A stretch of 64,000 nt of DNA from Opitutales bacterium (lineage in GTDB: Bacteria > Verrucomicrobiota > Verrucomicrobiia > Opitutales > JAVBMG01). The stretch spans positions 54,666-118,665 of the forward strand of contig JAVBMG010000008.1 in assembly GCA_031552815.1 (NCBI GenBank). The letters are read 5' to 3'. The notes beneath the pieces are model-generated. The model was not told the DNA's origin and did not search any database. It was given only the letters and a program-made list of their open reading frames with translations. This document shows, one piece after another, positions 1 to 9,313 of the stretch (position 1 is its first letter; each line of letters starts with the position of its first letter). The translations under genes and the position numbers were made by a program.

Positions 1-99
1 TTGGTTTTGTAAAACAATTCCGCAAACAAAAACTGAAATTCAGAAGCAAGTTCAAGACCTCTGGATTACGGAGGCGGCAGTACCGAGTGATGGCACCAT

Positions 100-1152
100 T
101 TATGAAATCCGTTTGTCTGACAGCAGTTTTTTCAGCCAGCGGCGGTGTGGCCCGGAAAGGGTAATCGCATCCAGTTCACTGAGAGGAACCCATTCGCAGT
201 CCGGCGGGGAAAATCCGTTCTCGGGAACCTTGCCCGAGTAAATCCGTTCAAGAATCTGTTGGTAGGAGATTGCGCGTTTGCCTGTCATGAGCAGCGATTT
301 ATGATCGGGTGTCTTTGACGAGATGCTTTCGTGACGGGGAAACTCATACATGCCTTGCAGGCGTTTTCCTGCTTGGGGAACTTTATGCAGAAGCAGCTTG
401 TTGTCGCGGATGCAGAACAACCGGCTTATCTCGATTTTTTCACTCCGTTTCTCGGCAAAGCGGGGAAGGGTTTCTTCCAGACCGAGTTTAGCCGCCTCGC
501 ACATGGCCCATACCGGACAGATTGTGCAGAGGGGGGCGTGGCGGTAGCATACGGTTGCACCCAGTTCCATGAGCGCCTGGTTATGATTTCCCGGATCTTC
601 CTTGTTCAGCAGTTTTTCGGCGATCGGAGTAAAGACCTTAAGTGCGTGCCCGTTATCGCGGAAAAGCGTTTTATTTGCGGTTATGCGGGAAAGTACCCGG
701 ATGACATTACCGTCAACAACGGGGACGGGGTAATTATAGGTGATGCTGGTAATAGCGGCTGCCGTGTAGGGTCCGATTCCCTTGAAGAGCTCCCAGGCAT
801 CCGGCGTTTTCGGTATCTTGTGACGGTCGGTGAGATGTTTGGCCAGTGAGTGCAGGTTTCTGGCGCGTTGGTAGTAACCCAGCCCTTCCCAGTATTTCAG
901 GACGGTAGCTTCGTCGGCATCAGCGAGCTTTTTCCAGTTGGGGAAACGCCGCATCCAACGCTCAAAGTACGGCAGCATCGTCTTTACCTGCGTTTGCTGC
1001 AGCATGAATTCCGAAATAACCGTTTTGTAAAGGGACGGTTTTGTACGCCATGGCAATGGTCGTTTTGCGTCGTGGTACCAGGCCAGCAAAACTTTCTGGA
1101 AGGAATTCGGAGAATCTGAAACGTCCATCCGAGAAAGATGCAAGGACTGCAT
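100..1152 (-). CDS. mutY: A/G-specific adenine DNA glycosylase MutY
   Basis: 350-aa ORF with an HhH-GPD core (EFMLQQTQV, GLGYYQRARNLH). It has the 4Fe-4S loop C-x6-C-x2-C-x5-C (CYRHAPLCTICPVWAMC) and a C-terminal extension of MutY length. Confidence 0.9.
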   Translation of the reverse strand: MQSLHLSRMDVSDSPNSFQKVLLAWYHDAKRPLPWRTKPSLYKTVISEFMLQQTQVKTMLPYFERWMRRFPNWKKLADADEATVLKYWEGLGYYQRARNLHSLAKHLTDRHKIPKTPDAWELFKGIGPYTAAAITSITYNYPVPVVDGNVIRVLSRITANKTLFRDNGHALKVFTPIAEKLLNKEDPGNHNQALMELGATVCYRHAPLCTICPVWAMCEAAKLGLEETLPRFAEKRSEKIEISRLFCIRDNKLLLHKVPQAGKRLQGMYEFPRHESISSKTPDHKSLLMTGKRAISYQQILERIYSGKVPENGFSPPDCEWVPLSELDAITLSGPHRRWLKKLLSDKRIS

Positions 1153-1238
1153 TCGTTTGTCAAAGGCGGAAACAGTTTCTGTATAGAGAAAGAAATCTTG
1201 ATCCGGCTATCGATATTCTATGTTGTTTTGAAGAATAT

Positions 1239-1946
1239 ATGGATTTTGTCCCGAAGTATTTTCCTGAATTCTCAGAAAAGCAGATGAAGCAATTGGATCA
1301 GTTGCTTGCCTGTGTGCGTGAATGGAATGGGAAGATAAACCTGATTTCACGGAAAGACACGGAACATATTGAGGAACACCATATTCTTCATTCGCTCGGA
1401 ATTGTGAAAGCGGTGAAATTCCCTGCCGGATCGCGTGTGATGGATGTCGGTACGGGAGGCGGTTTTCCCGGATTAGTACTGGCCATTGTTTATCCCGATT
1501 GCCAGTTTACGCTGGTGGATTCCATCGGGAAAAAGATCATGGCGGTAAAGGACATGGCGCAGCAGATCGGATTGAAGCATGTTACCGCCAGGCAATGCCG
1601 TGCCGAGGAGGTAAACGGCAGCTTTGATTTTATTACCGGGCGGGCTGTCACCCGTTTGCCTGAATTTATCGGATGGGTACGCAGGAAAATATCGCCTGGA
1701 ACAAAGGAAGGCATATCCCGCGGGATTGTTTATCTGAAGGGGCCGAACGATATCCGGAAAGAATTGGAGGCCATGCAGGTGAAGCCTGTGTCCTGCCACA
1801 TCCTCAGCGAATTCTTTGATGAACCGTTTTTTGCCGAGAAAGCCGTTGTTCACCTGGCAAGCGATACATTGCCGAAAGAACAGGCACTTCAACGGATTGC
1901 CGAGATGATGAAGAAGGAAGATGAGGCAAGGCAGGCAGGAGAATAA
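1239..1946 (+). CDS. rsmG: 16S rRNA (guanine527-N7)-methyltransferase RsmG/GidB
   Basis: SAM-binding motif VMDVGTGGGFPGLVLAI and the WNGKINLIS / HILHSL motifs typical of GidB. I chose the ATG at 1239; the ORF track starts at 1041, which would overlap the mutY 5' end. Confidence 0.85.
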   Translation: MDFVPKYFPEFSEKQMKQLDQLLACVREWNGKINLISRKDTEHIEEHHILHSLGIVKAVKFPAGSRVMDVGTGGGFPGLVLAIVYPDCQFTLVDSIGKKIMAVKDMAQQIGLKHVTARQCRAEEVNGSFDFITGRAVTRLPEFIGWVRRKISPGTKEGISRGIVYLKGPNDIRKELEAMQVKPVSCHILSEFFDEPFFAEKAVVHLASDTLPKEQALQRIAEMMKKEDEARQAGE

Positions 1947-2009
1947 CCAGCCCGGGTCGCAGTCAGTTTCCGAATAATTGTGTGTATTTTGCCATTCTGT
2001 TCATCCAGA

Positions 2010-3068
2010 ATGTTTTCCATGTCATTCCAAGCTACCGCCATAAAAAAAAGCTTTGATAAGCAGCCTGTACTGAATGCCGTAACGATTTCCGTCGAACGCG
2101 GGGAAATACTCGGATTACTCGGCAAATGTGCTTCGGGAAAAAGCACATTGTGCAGAATTATCGCCGGAGAGATTTTTCTGGACAGCGGGACATTGCGCCT
2201 TGACGGAAAATCATTGGCGAACAGGAAAGAAATCGCTTATGTGCCGCAGTGCATATCGGATAGTGAGGAAACATCCGTATGGAAAAAACTGGGTCTTTCC
2301 GGGAAAAAAGAAGTTACGGACCTTTCGTTGACCCCTGCGGTTATTGCCCTTTTGCATGCATTTCGGCTGAATCCCGAACAGGTTCAGGATTCGGATTCGC
2401 TTTCTGAGAGCCAGAAACAACTGTTCGTGATCGCGCGCGCATTGGCAGCAAAACCCCGGTTACTTATCTTTGATGATGCGCTTTCCGGTTTGGATAACAG
2501 TTCCAAGATACTTGTGTTCGGAGCCTGTTACCGTTACGTGAAAGAAGACGGCGGCAGCATGCTGGTAGCGGCAAACCATCCGGCGGATGTATTGCCGTTT
2601 TCCGACCGGGTTGCCTTGTTGCATGGCGGTAGCATTATCCAGGAGGGAACGCCGTTTGAATGCTACCGCCGTCCTCATTCTCCTGCGGCAGCAGGCATTA
2701 TCAGCGAGATTGATTTTATCCGGGGAAAGCTGATTGATGTCGGGGCGGGTGAGGCCTTCGTGGAAACAGCGATAGGCAAGCTCTCCGGTGCGTTGGCAAA
2801 TCCGGAAAAAGAAATGACCGTGGGTTGTGATGTTACCGTGGGCATCCGCATCGAATCGTGGAACAGGAGCGATATGGCGCCGGAGGAAAACTGTTTTCGC
2901 GCAACGGTCGTGATGAGCGCATTTTTCGGGGATTATGCGGATTGCCTGCTCCTGTTTGAGAACGGACAACGCTTGAATGCGCGGTTTAAAAATCCGCGGA
3001 TGTTTGATTTATCCGAGGGAACAAGCTTTGATGTCTGGTTGGACCCTGACGATGTGCTGATCTTCTGA
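2010..3068 (+). CDS. ABC-type ATPase with C-terminal TOBE-like domain (degenerate motifs, orphan)
   Basis: Walker A GKCASGKST, signature-like LSESQKQ, Walker B LLIFDD followed by ALSGLD, and H-loop ANHP. The C-terminal ~120 aa resembles the PotA/CysA regulatory domain. No permease gene is adjacent. Start is ATG 2010 or GTG 1980. Confidence 0.75.
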   Translation: MFSMSFQATAIKKSFDKQPVLNAVTISVERGEILGLLGKCASGKSTLCRIIAGEIFLDSGTLRLDGKSLANRKEIAYVPQCISDSEETSVWKKLGLSGKKEVTDLSLTPAVIALLHAFRLNPEQVQDSDSLSESQKQLFVIARALAAKPRLLIFDDALSGLDNSSKILVFGACYRYVKEDGGSMLVAANHPADVLPFSDRVALLHGGSIIQEGTPFECYRRPHSPAAAGIISEIDFIRGKLIDVGAGEAFVETAIGKLSGALANPEKEMTVGCDVTVGIRIESWNRSDMAPEENCFRATVVMSAFFGDYADCLLLFENGQRLNARFKNPRMFDLSEGTSFDVWLDPDDVLIF

Positions 3069-3083
3069 CAGTCAGCAGAACAG

Positions 3084-3911
3084 TTATTCGCTATCGTTTC
3101 CTTGGGTGAAACGGAAACTCTGGGCTATTTGGGTAAGATACGCTTTCTTTGAGGGCATTTCCATGCTTTCAGTGATGAACATTATCTGGTAAGAACCTCC
3201 TGTGTCTGTGTGGACATAGTAAAGATAGGAAACCGCATTCCCGTCATGTATGCCCTCAAAAGAGAAAAACTCCCATTCTTTGTTATCAATCATGACGGAG
3301 CGTTTCTCGGTAAAATCTGATTTTTCCATTCCTTTCTCAAAAAGTTTCCGGACGGCCTTTCCCATCGCAGCATTCGATTCAAATGGAGTATCTTCAAAGA
3401 TGATTCCCATCGCACAGGAAGCATTGCTTGCAAACAAATCGAATTTGGGATTTGACGTGGTGCGTTTCCAGTCTCCGGGTAGCGTAACCGTATACTTTTC
3501 CTTTGTTCCGGTTGCCTGGTAAGGGTTTTGCTCACCCTTTATTTCCGCCGCTCTGTCCATTGCTGAAGAAAATCCTGCAAGAAGGAACATGGCAATGAAG
3601 GACAATCCGGTTAAAATACCAAGAATGATTCCTTGGGATTTTTTGAACATGAGGGAAAGTATCCAGAAAATGACAATGATAATTACCGAAATAACAAACG
3701 CGAAGAAATGGGATTTTGCACTGACAAGGCAGCCGATCAGAAAGAGTACGGCAAACATGGCAGCCACATTCCATCCGCTGCTTTTCTTTCTTTTCGCCGT
3801 CAGAATGACAGAAAAGCAAATGACCGGAATCATGATTTGTCCCCACAGCTCACCCAAGGCTTCCGGACTTAACGCTGAAACAATGAAATGCATAGGAAGA
3901 ATAAAAGACAA
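3084..3911 (-). CDS. hypothetical integral membrane protein (about 4 N-terminal TM helices plus a soluble C-terminal domain)
   Basis: 275-aa ORF with hydrophobic segments in the first ~120 aa and a balanced C-terminal composition. No recognisable motif. Confidence 0.5.
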   Translation of the reverse strand: MSFILPMHFIVSALSPEALGELWGQIMIPVICFSVILTAKRKKSSGWNVAAMFAVLFLIGCLVSAKSHFFAFVISVIIIVIFWILSLMFKKSQGIILGILTGLSFIAMFLLAGFSSAMDRAAEIKGEQNPYQATGTKEKYTVTLPGDWKRTTSNPKFDLFASNASCAMGIIFEDTPFESNAAMGKAVRKLFEKGMEKSDFTEKRSVMIDNKEWEFFSFEGIHDGNAVSYLYYVHTDTGGSYQIMFITESMEMPSKKAYLTQIAQSFRFTQGNDSE

Positions 3912-3958
3912 TGACGCACAAAGCCCTGATTAACCAGGGCGTTGAAAAACAAGGGAGT

Positions 3959-4354
3959 TTACGCGAGTTTTATTGCGGATTGAATTTCCTTTAAAAGCGA
4001 CGTTTCTTCCTCTGAGACGTCGCCGTCGGAATACAAGAGGCGGTTGATGGAGTCCAAGGCAAATTGTTTTGCCGACCTAGATTCCAGACGTGCATTAATG
4101 GATTCCAGTAATCCTTTTCTGGCGTCATCCGATGAACGGGCAATACGGACGCGCGCGGTAGCTTCGGCAATGTAATTATCGTAAGAGACGATGGAATCCC
4201 ATTCAGTGCTTTCCATGAAGCGATCAATGAGACTGCTTTCCGAAAGCGCAATCTTCGCGTCAGCATAAGTGCCAAGCAGCAATGCATCCACGATGGCTTC
4301 TTTTTCTTTTTGCGAGAGCTTTGATTCGGCGGTCTGTTTTTTGTCAAAAATCAT
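3959..4354 (-). CDS. hypothetical protein, TerB-like domain suspected
   Basis: 131-aa helical protein ending in YSDGDVSEEETSLLKEI, which resembles the ADG-x-v-x-x-EE pattern of TerB-family domains. This is weak motif-level evidence only. Confidence 0.45.
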   Translation of the reverse strand: MIFDKKQTAESKLSQKEKEAIVDALLLGTYADAKIALSESSLIDRFMESTEWDSIVSYDNYIAEATARVRIARSSDDARKGLLESINARLESRSAKQFALDSINRLLYSDGDVSEEETSLLKEIQSAIKLA

Positions 4355-4470
4355 GGTATTCCTTTATGTTTATAATGAAATCATGAAATAACATATAGCA
4401 TGTCAATAGAAACAGGATTTAGTAGGTGAAACCGTTTATATTTGTTAATAAACAAAGCTTGAGCAGACTT

Positions 4471-4510
4471 TTTTGGCTATTATTTAAGGTTACGACAGAT
4501 TTTGGCTATT
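4471..4510. promoter_or_regulatory. direct repeat TTTTGGCTATT x2 (29-bp period) in a divergent AT-rich promoter region
   Basis: The exact 11-mer occurs at 4471-4481 and 4500-4510, between divergent genes ending at 4354 (-) and starting at 4683 (+). Confidence 0.3.
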
Positions 4511-4682
4511 GATTTTATTTGTACTATAAATGATTCAATTCGTATCTAAAAATAAGAAAAATTAACGTCCACCACTTGAAATAATAAGAAAACAAATTAT
4601 CTTTTCTCTATTCCGCACTATCTTTGTCAATATTAGTCGTTTGGATTCTGCGTATTATTTCACACCTCCTAGATATACATTT

Positions 4683-7415
4683 ATGAAAACCATTTCTGTC
4701 AGCAAAGGGCGAAAAATACATATGCGTGCTTCACGCATGGTTTATCGCCATTTTTCTATTATTGGCGGCGCTACGCTTATGTTTGCGTCTGTTATGAATG
4801 CCCAACAATTGTCCATAACGAGCGGAACCGGTAATCTGTATTCGGGTGGCAGCTACAGTACAACCACCGGAGGCATAGATCAATCAGCTATTTATGTCAT
4901 TGGATCCGGAACCCAGGCGGAAGTCTATAACTTTTCAGCACAGGCAACCGGTAATGCTGCAAGCGGGATCTATGTTGGTTCGGGTGCAACCTTGTTATTG
5001 AATTGGAACCATGCCGGTACAGGTACGATTTATGGGGCAGGTGGAGGGAGTACTGCCGGATTACGTGTCGATGGCGGAACCGTTCAGGGTAAACAACTGA
5101 CCATAAACTATTCCGACCTGGAAACCTTTGGTGTTTACGCCACATCAGGTGGGTTGGTGGATCTGCAGGACAGTACGATCAGCAATATGGGTTCGGGAGC
5201 GTATGCGTTGTTTGCTTCAGGAAGCGGGAGCAGGATTACAGGTAATAATCTGTCCATATCCGTGAGCGGGTCAGATACAGGGATCTGGGGCGCGTCTGTT
5301 AATAATGGCGGAATCGTATCGTTGACCGGAGGCTCCATTACCGCAACCAATTCGAACAGGGCGGTTAACGTGGATGGAACCGGTTCATTGTTTGAAGCCA
5401 TCAACCTGCAGATTACCTCAACGAATTTCGGGATCATCAGTACGAATAACGGTAGCGTCTCCTTATCCGGTGGGTTTATTAATACAACGAATAACACGAC
5501 ATTGCGAGCCAGCGGCGGCAGCGTGATTACAGCAAACAGCGTGAATGTCAGCAGTGCCGGTTCTTATGGTTTGGGCGCGACGCTTCTGGCGGGAGAAGCA
5601 ACAGCAGGTACGGTTAATTTCAACGGCGGATCGGTTACATCCCTGATATACGGGGCGAATGCCAGTGCGGGCGGTACTATCCGCATTAATGTTGACTCCA
5701 GTAATGCTCCGCTTGCCTCATCGACATTACTCAAGACAACGGGCAATACGGGCTATGGTCTTTATGCCACAGGGTCCGGATCGAATATTACGGCGGCGAA
5801 TCTCACCGTTAATACCGCAGGGACAAGAGCCTACGGGATTCATTCCATCGCGGGCGGGAAAGTGACGGTAAGCAATAGTGCCATTACTACAGGAAGTTCT
5901 TCCAATGCTTCTGAGGGAACCGAAGGCAGCGGATTGCACATGGATGGCGCTTCCAGTGATATTGCCACCAACGGCGGGGTGTCCATTACGACTTACGGTG
6001 CCGATGCTCACGGTATCCGCGTGAGTAACGGGAAGGTAAAAACCTATGACGGTTCGGCGGGTAATGTATTCCCCGGCATAACCGTTTACGGAAACGGGGC
6101 TGCGGTCATCAATGCAAGCGCTTCCGGCAGTCAGCTCACTTTAAAAAACTACAATCTCAGCACGGCAATGACCGCAGGCGCGGGGACGTGGGGCGCCAAG
6201 GCAGAGAATGGCGGCACGATTACCTTTGATCAGAATGCGTCCAGCGGAGCGACAGCCCTGTGGGCAAGCGCAGGCGGTATCATTACATTTAATGCCAATG
6301 CTGCCGCCAATGGCTCGCGCGTAGTCATTGATACAGGCAGCCAGCTTGATCTCAGCAATACCGGTTCGGGATTAACCATCGGTTCGCTGGAAGGAGGCGG
6401 TAACGTTGCACTTGGTGCGCGGGACTTGACAGTCGGCGGTAGCGTGACGGCTGCGGATAGCGCGAGTACGACTTATAGCGGAAGCATTGGCGGTACAGGC
6501 AATTTTGTTAAGCAGGGCACGGGTACGCTGACTTTGGGCGGGGCGAACGCCTATACCGGAAATACGGTGCTGAACGGCGGTAGCATCAAGGGCGGCGCTG
6601 CCAATGTGATTGCCGCAAGTTCCGCCTTGGTCGTCAGTGCCAACACGACTTTTGATACGGGCAACTTTGTCCAGACGGTTCGCAACCTGCAAGGCGCCGG
6701 ACATGTGATCGCAGGGAACAGCGTTACCATGAACAGTACCGCAGATAGCACCTTCAGCGGTGATGTTTCGGGGACAGGGGGTTTTGTGAAAACCGGATCG
6801 GGCACATTCACGTTAACGGGAACATCGAATGCGTATGCCGGTTCGGCGTCCGTGAATCAGGGAAGTGTTATCGTTGACGGACAATGGGGCAATGCAGGAT
6901 CAGCGTTGGCTGTGAATACCGGAGCGCTTCTTGCGGGAAACGGTATTATTGGCGGGAATGTTACCGTTTCCAATAATGCGACTTTGGCGCCGGGCCGTTA
7001 CGGGAGTGCTTCAAGTCCGGCAATGCTTACGATAGGCGGTGTGTTAACGCTGAACGGCGGTTCAGTCTTTGACTGGCAGACCGGGGATCTTGTGAAAGCC
7101 GCTACGCTGAGTCTGACCGGGGGCAGTCCGATTCTGGTGAATCTTGACGGCTGGTCCGGCGGTACCGTGGTGCTTGCCGAGTTTGATAATCTTCTGGGAT
7201 TTGACTGGGAAACGGACGATGCCAATGACTGGTTTGCTTTAAATATTGCTAACAACCCTGACTACGCAAATTACAACGGTTTGTTTGAAATACGCGACGG
7301 CTTTAGCTTGGTGTATACGGATGTTATACCCGAACCATCCGCCTATGGTTTCTTCAGTCTTATGGCGGCCTTGTTGGGAGCTGCGGTAAGGAGACGCCGG
7401 CGCGTCGTTTCCTGA
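4683..7415 (+). CDS. large secreted beta-helical protein with autotransporter-associated beta-strand repeats and a PEP-CTERM anchor
   Basis: Signal peptide (IIGGATLMFASVMNAQQ). Repeats of the type GTGTLTLGGANAYTGNTVLNGG, GSGTFTLTGTSNAYAGSASVNQG and G/S/T/N-rich beta-strand periodicity. C-terminus VIPEPSAYGFFSLMAALLGAAVRRRRR is PEP + TM + basic tail. Confidence 0.8.
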   Translation: MKTISVSKGRKIHMRASRMVYRHFSIIGGATLMFASVMNAQQLSITSGTGNLYSGGSYSTTTGGIDQSAIYVIGSGTQAEVYNFSAQATGNAASGIYVGSGATLLLNWNHAGTGTIYGAGGGSTAGLRVDGGTVQGKQLTINYSDLETFGVYATSGGLVDLQDSTISNMGSGAYALFASGSGSRITGNNLSISVSGSDTGIWGASVNNGGIVSLTGGSITATNSNRAVNVDGTGSLFEAINLQITSTNFGIISTNNGSVSLSGGFINTTNNTTLRASGGSVITANSVNVSSAGSYGLGATLLAGEATAGTVNFNGGSVTSLIYGANASAGGTIRINVDSSNAPLASSTLLKTTGNTGYGLYATGSGSNITAANLTVNTAGTRAYGIHSIAGGKVTVSNSAITTGSSSNASEGTEGSGLHMDGASSDIATNGGVSITTYGADAHGIRVSNGKVKTYDGSAGNVFPGITVYGNGAAVINASASGSQLTLKNYNLSTAMTAGAGTWGAKAENGGTITFDQNASSGATALWASAGGIITFNANAAANGSRVVIDTGSQLDLSNTGSGLTIGSLEGGGNVALGARDLTVGGSVTAADSASTTYSGSIGGTGNFVKQGTGTLTLGGANAYTGNTVLNGGSIKGGAANVIAASSALVVSANTTFDTGNFVQTVRNLQGAGHVIAGNSVTMNSTADSTFSGDVSGTGGFVKTGSGTFTLTGTSNAYAGSASVNQGSVIVDGQWGNAGSALAVNTGALLAGNGIIGGNVTVSNNATLAPGRYGSASSPAMLTIGGVLTLNGGSVFDWQTGDLVKAATLSLTGGSPILVNLDGWSGGTVVLAEFDNLLGFDWETDDANDWFALNIANNPDYANYNGLFEIRDGFSLVYTDVIPEPSAYGFFSLMAALLGAAVRRRRRVVS

Positions 7416-7421
7416 CAGACT

Positions 7422-8738
7422 CTATTCGGTTCCCAGATTGCTGTGGATAGCGGTATTGTTTGCTTCGTTCTCGATGCGAACTTTCCCTTTGACGGTGTTT
7501 TCACTGACAATCGCGCGTTGGACATCCTTGCCGATGCTGACCTGCGGACTGTCTGCCATGAAGTCACAACCGCGGATAACGATGCTACCGTCATGAACCT
7601 GTATTGCTTTTCGTCCTTCACGGTTTTTGTCCCATTGCACAAAAATACAATCGGAAAAACCGATGGTTCCTTTCCCGCTGATCTTTGCAATCTGGTTGCA
7701 CGGACCCCAGAAAGCGCTGTTCATGAAACGCACATTGCCCTGATTTGCCGCTGTCACTTCGACCATCGTGGGATCATCTCCGTCCAGAGCGACAAATTCT
7801 CCGTTGGTGATCAATATGCCGTACGGCGCGCTTTGTTCCACCTTAATTGCAGTATGGCAGGCATCAGCGCCGATACCAAGGAAGTTACCGTTGCAGGAAC
7901 CCGTTGCGCCGGAACTTGCTCCGAATTTGTACCCGACATTATAGCCGAAGCAGAATGTATTGATGACATAGTGCCAGTCCGTCCGTTCGAAAATAAAGGC
8001 TTCGCCGTTTTGCCTCTGCCAGTTGTAGAGCGCCGGTTTCATGCTCCACCATGGATTCCAATGCACATTTTCAATGCGGCCGATGTCATAAATGCCGTCA
8101 ACAAAGATACCGCGCCTTAACGGTTGTCCGCTGATGTTACGGATCAAGGCGCGCTCATTCTGCGACGCATCGATGGCATTGTAAGGATTGAGCATCTCAA
8201 CATCGAGCAAGGCAGGGTTTTTGCCGCGCATGGCAATGCCCCAGGGATAGGCATCGGGGATTTTTTCCGGATCCTGCAAGGGCCAGTACATGACAACGCC
8301 GCGCAACGTACTGTTTGTGTTTAAGGTGATGGCCGGCGATGCTTTTTCGTTTCCCTTGTTTCCGGTAATCAATAATGTCGTACCGTCATCGCCCGGCTTG
8401 GGCAGTCCTGGGTTGCGGATGCCGTTGTGCGAAGGGACGGATTCAAAGCTCCCCTTCAATGTTACCGCCTGCGGAACATTCAGGGAATCGGCGATGAGAT
8501 AAGTGCCGTTAGGAATGTAAACCGTTCCGCCCCGTTTACCGAAGGAATCCAGCGCCTTCTGGAAAGCGGCGGTAGCATCGGTTTTTCCGTCAGCCTTGGC
8601 TCCGAAATCAAGTACGGACACCCTATCGACCGATTCGGGATGCGGTTTAATATCCACATCTTTGGCATTCGGAAGAACTTGCTGGGCATTCAAACAATTG
8701 ACTCCAAACACAAGCAAAAGCAGAAAAATTCTTTTCAT
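7422..8738 (-). CDS. secreted right-handed beta-helix glycoside hydrolase (pectate-lyase-superfamily, Pectate_lyase_3-like N-terminus)
   Basis: Signal peptide MKRIFLLLLVFGVNCLNAQ. The motif VLDFGAKADGKTDATAAFQKAL...GGTVYIPNGTYLI is characteristic of the GH55/GH28-like beta-helix family. Substrate cannot be inferred. Confidence 0.65.
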   Translation of the reverse strand: MKRIFLLLLVFGVNCLNAQQVLPNAKDVDIKPHPESVDRVSVLDFGAKADGKTDATAAFQKALDSFGKRGGTVYIPNGTYLIADSLNVPQAVTLKGSFESVPSHNGIRNPGLPKPGDDGTTLLITGNKGNEKASPAITLNTNSTLRGVVMYWPLQDPEKIPDAYPWGIAMRGKNPALLDVEMLNPYNAIDASQNERALIRNISGQPLRRGIFVDGIYDIGRIENVHWNPWWSMKPALYNWQRQNGEAFIFERTDWHYVINTFCFGYNVGYKFGASSGATGSCNGNFLGIGADACHTAIKVEQSAPYGILITNGEFVALDGDDPTMVEVTAANQGNVRFMNSAFWGPCNQIAKISGKGTIGFSDCIFVQWDKNREGRKAIQVHDGSIVIRGCDFMADSPQVSIGKDVQRAIVSENTVKGKVRIENEANNTAIHSNLGTE

Positions 8739-8929
8739 AAAGCAATGATCCATTTAAATGATAATATACGACGAATGGATAGTATAACGAAATTAACCCC
8801 CGAAGAATAATGCTTGTTACGCTAGGGAGTTTGTTTTTAGTCAGCGGCGGGTTAAATTAGGACAATTGGATTCATTTTTAACACAGAGCACGCAGAATAC
8901 ACAGAGAAAAAAGCGATAGCATGCTGCCT

Positions 8930-9152
8930 GCGGACAGTCTTATCCGTCTTTTTTGTTTTATAGGTTTACGCGGAGGCACGGAGAAAAAGAGTTTATTTTA
9001 AAACAGAAAATGGCGGTAATATCGAAGAATAAAGGAGCGCAGGTCCCCGGCCTGCGAAATGAAAATTTATCCCCAGTTGCAGAACGAAGCGAAAGCGTTG
9101 TCTTTCATTGATAGTTCAGATTAATAAGAAAAAGACGGACAAGACTGTCCGC
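8930..9152. repeat. 223-bp segment bounded by 24-nt inverted repeats (MITE-like, or paired hairpin terminators)
   Basis: 8930-8954 GCGGACAGTCTTATCCGTCTTTTTT matches the reverse complement of 9129-9152 AAAAAGACGGACAAGACTGTCCGC at 23 of 24 positions. CCT is present immediately outside both ends. Confidence 0.4.
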
Positions 9153-9313
9153 CCTTCCTTTATTTGTAAAGCCTGTCATGCAATGCTATAACGGTTTCCA
9201 ATGTCAATGGGAGCCATTGTAGCTTTTGTTGCGCCCGAGGGCGGGCGCGCTCCTTCTCTTTGAAATATGATGTAATCGGATGGAAACGTCCTAATCTCAA
9301 TATACAAAGGTTT

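Noticed and set aside
331-849. A 172-aa + strand ORF overlapping mutY, and the 1041 start of the rsmG ORF.
   Set aside because: The ORF is antisense to mutY. The 5' extension of rsmG (1041-1238) overlaps the mutY coding region and adds a non-homologous, basic peptide. The ATG at 1239 gives the canonical GidB N-terminus.
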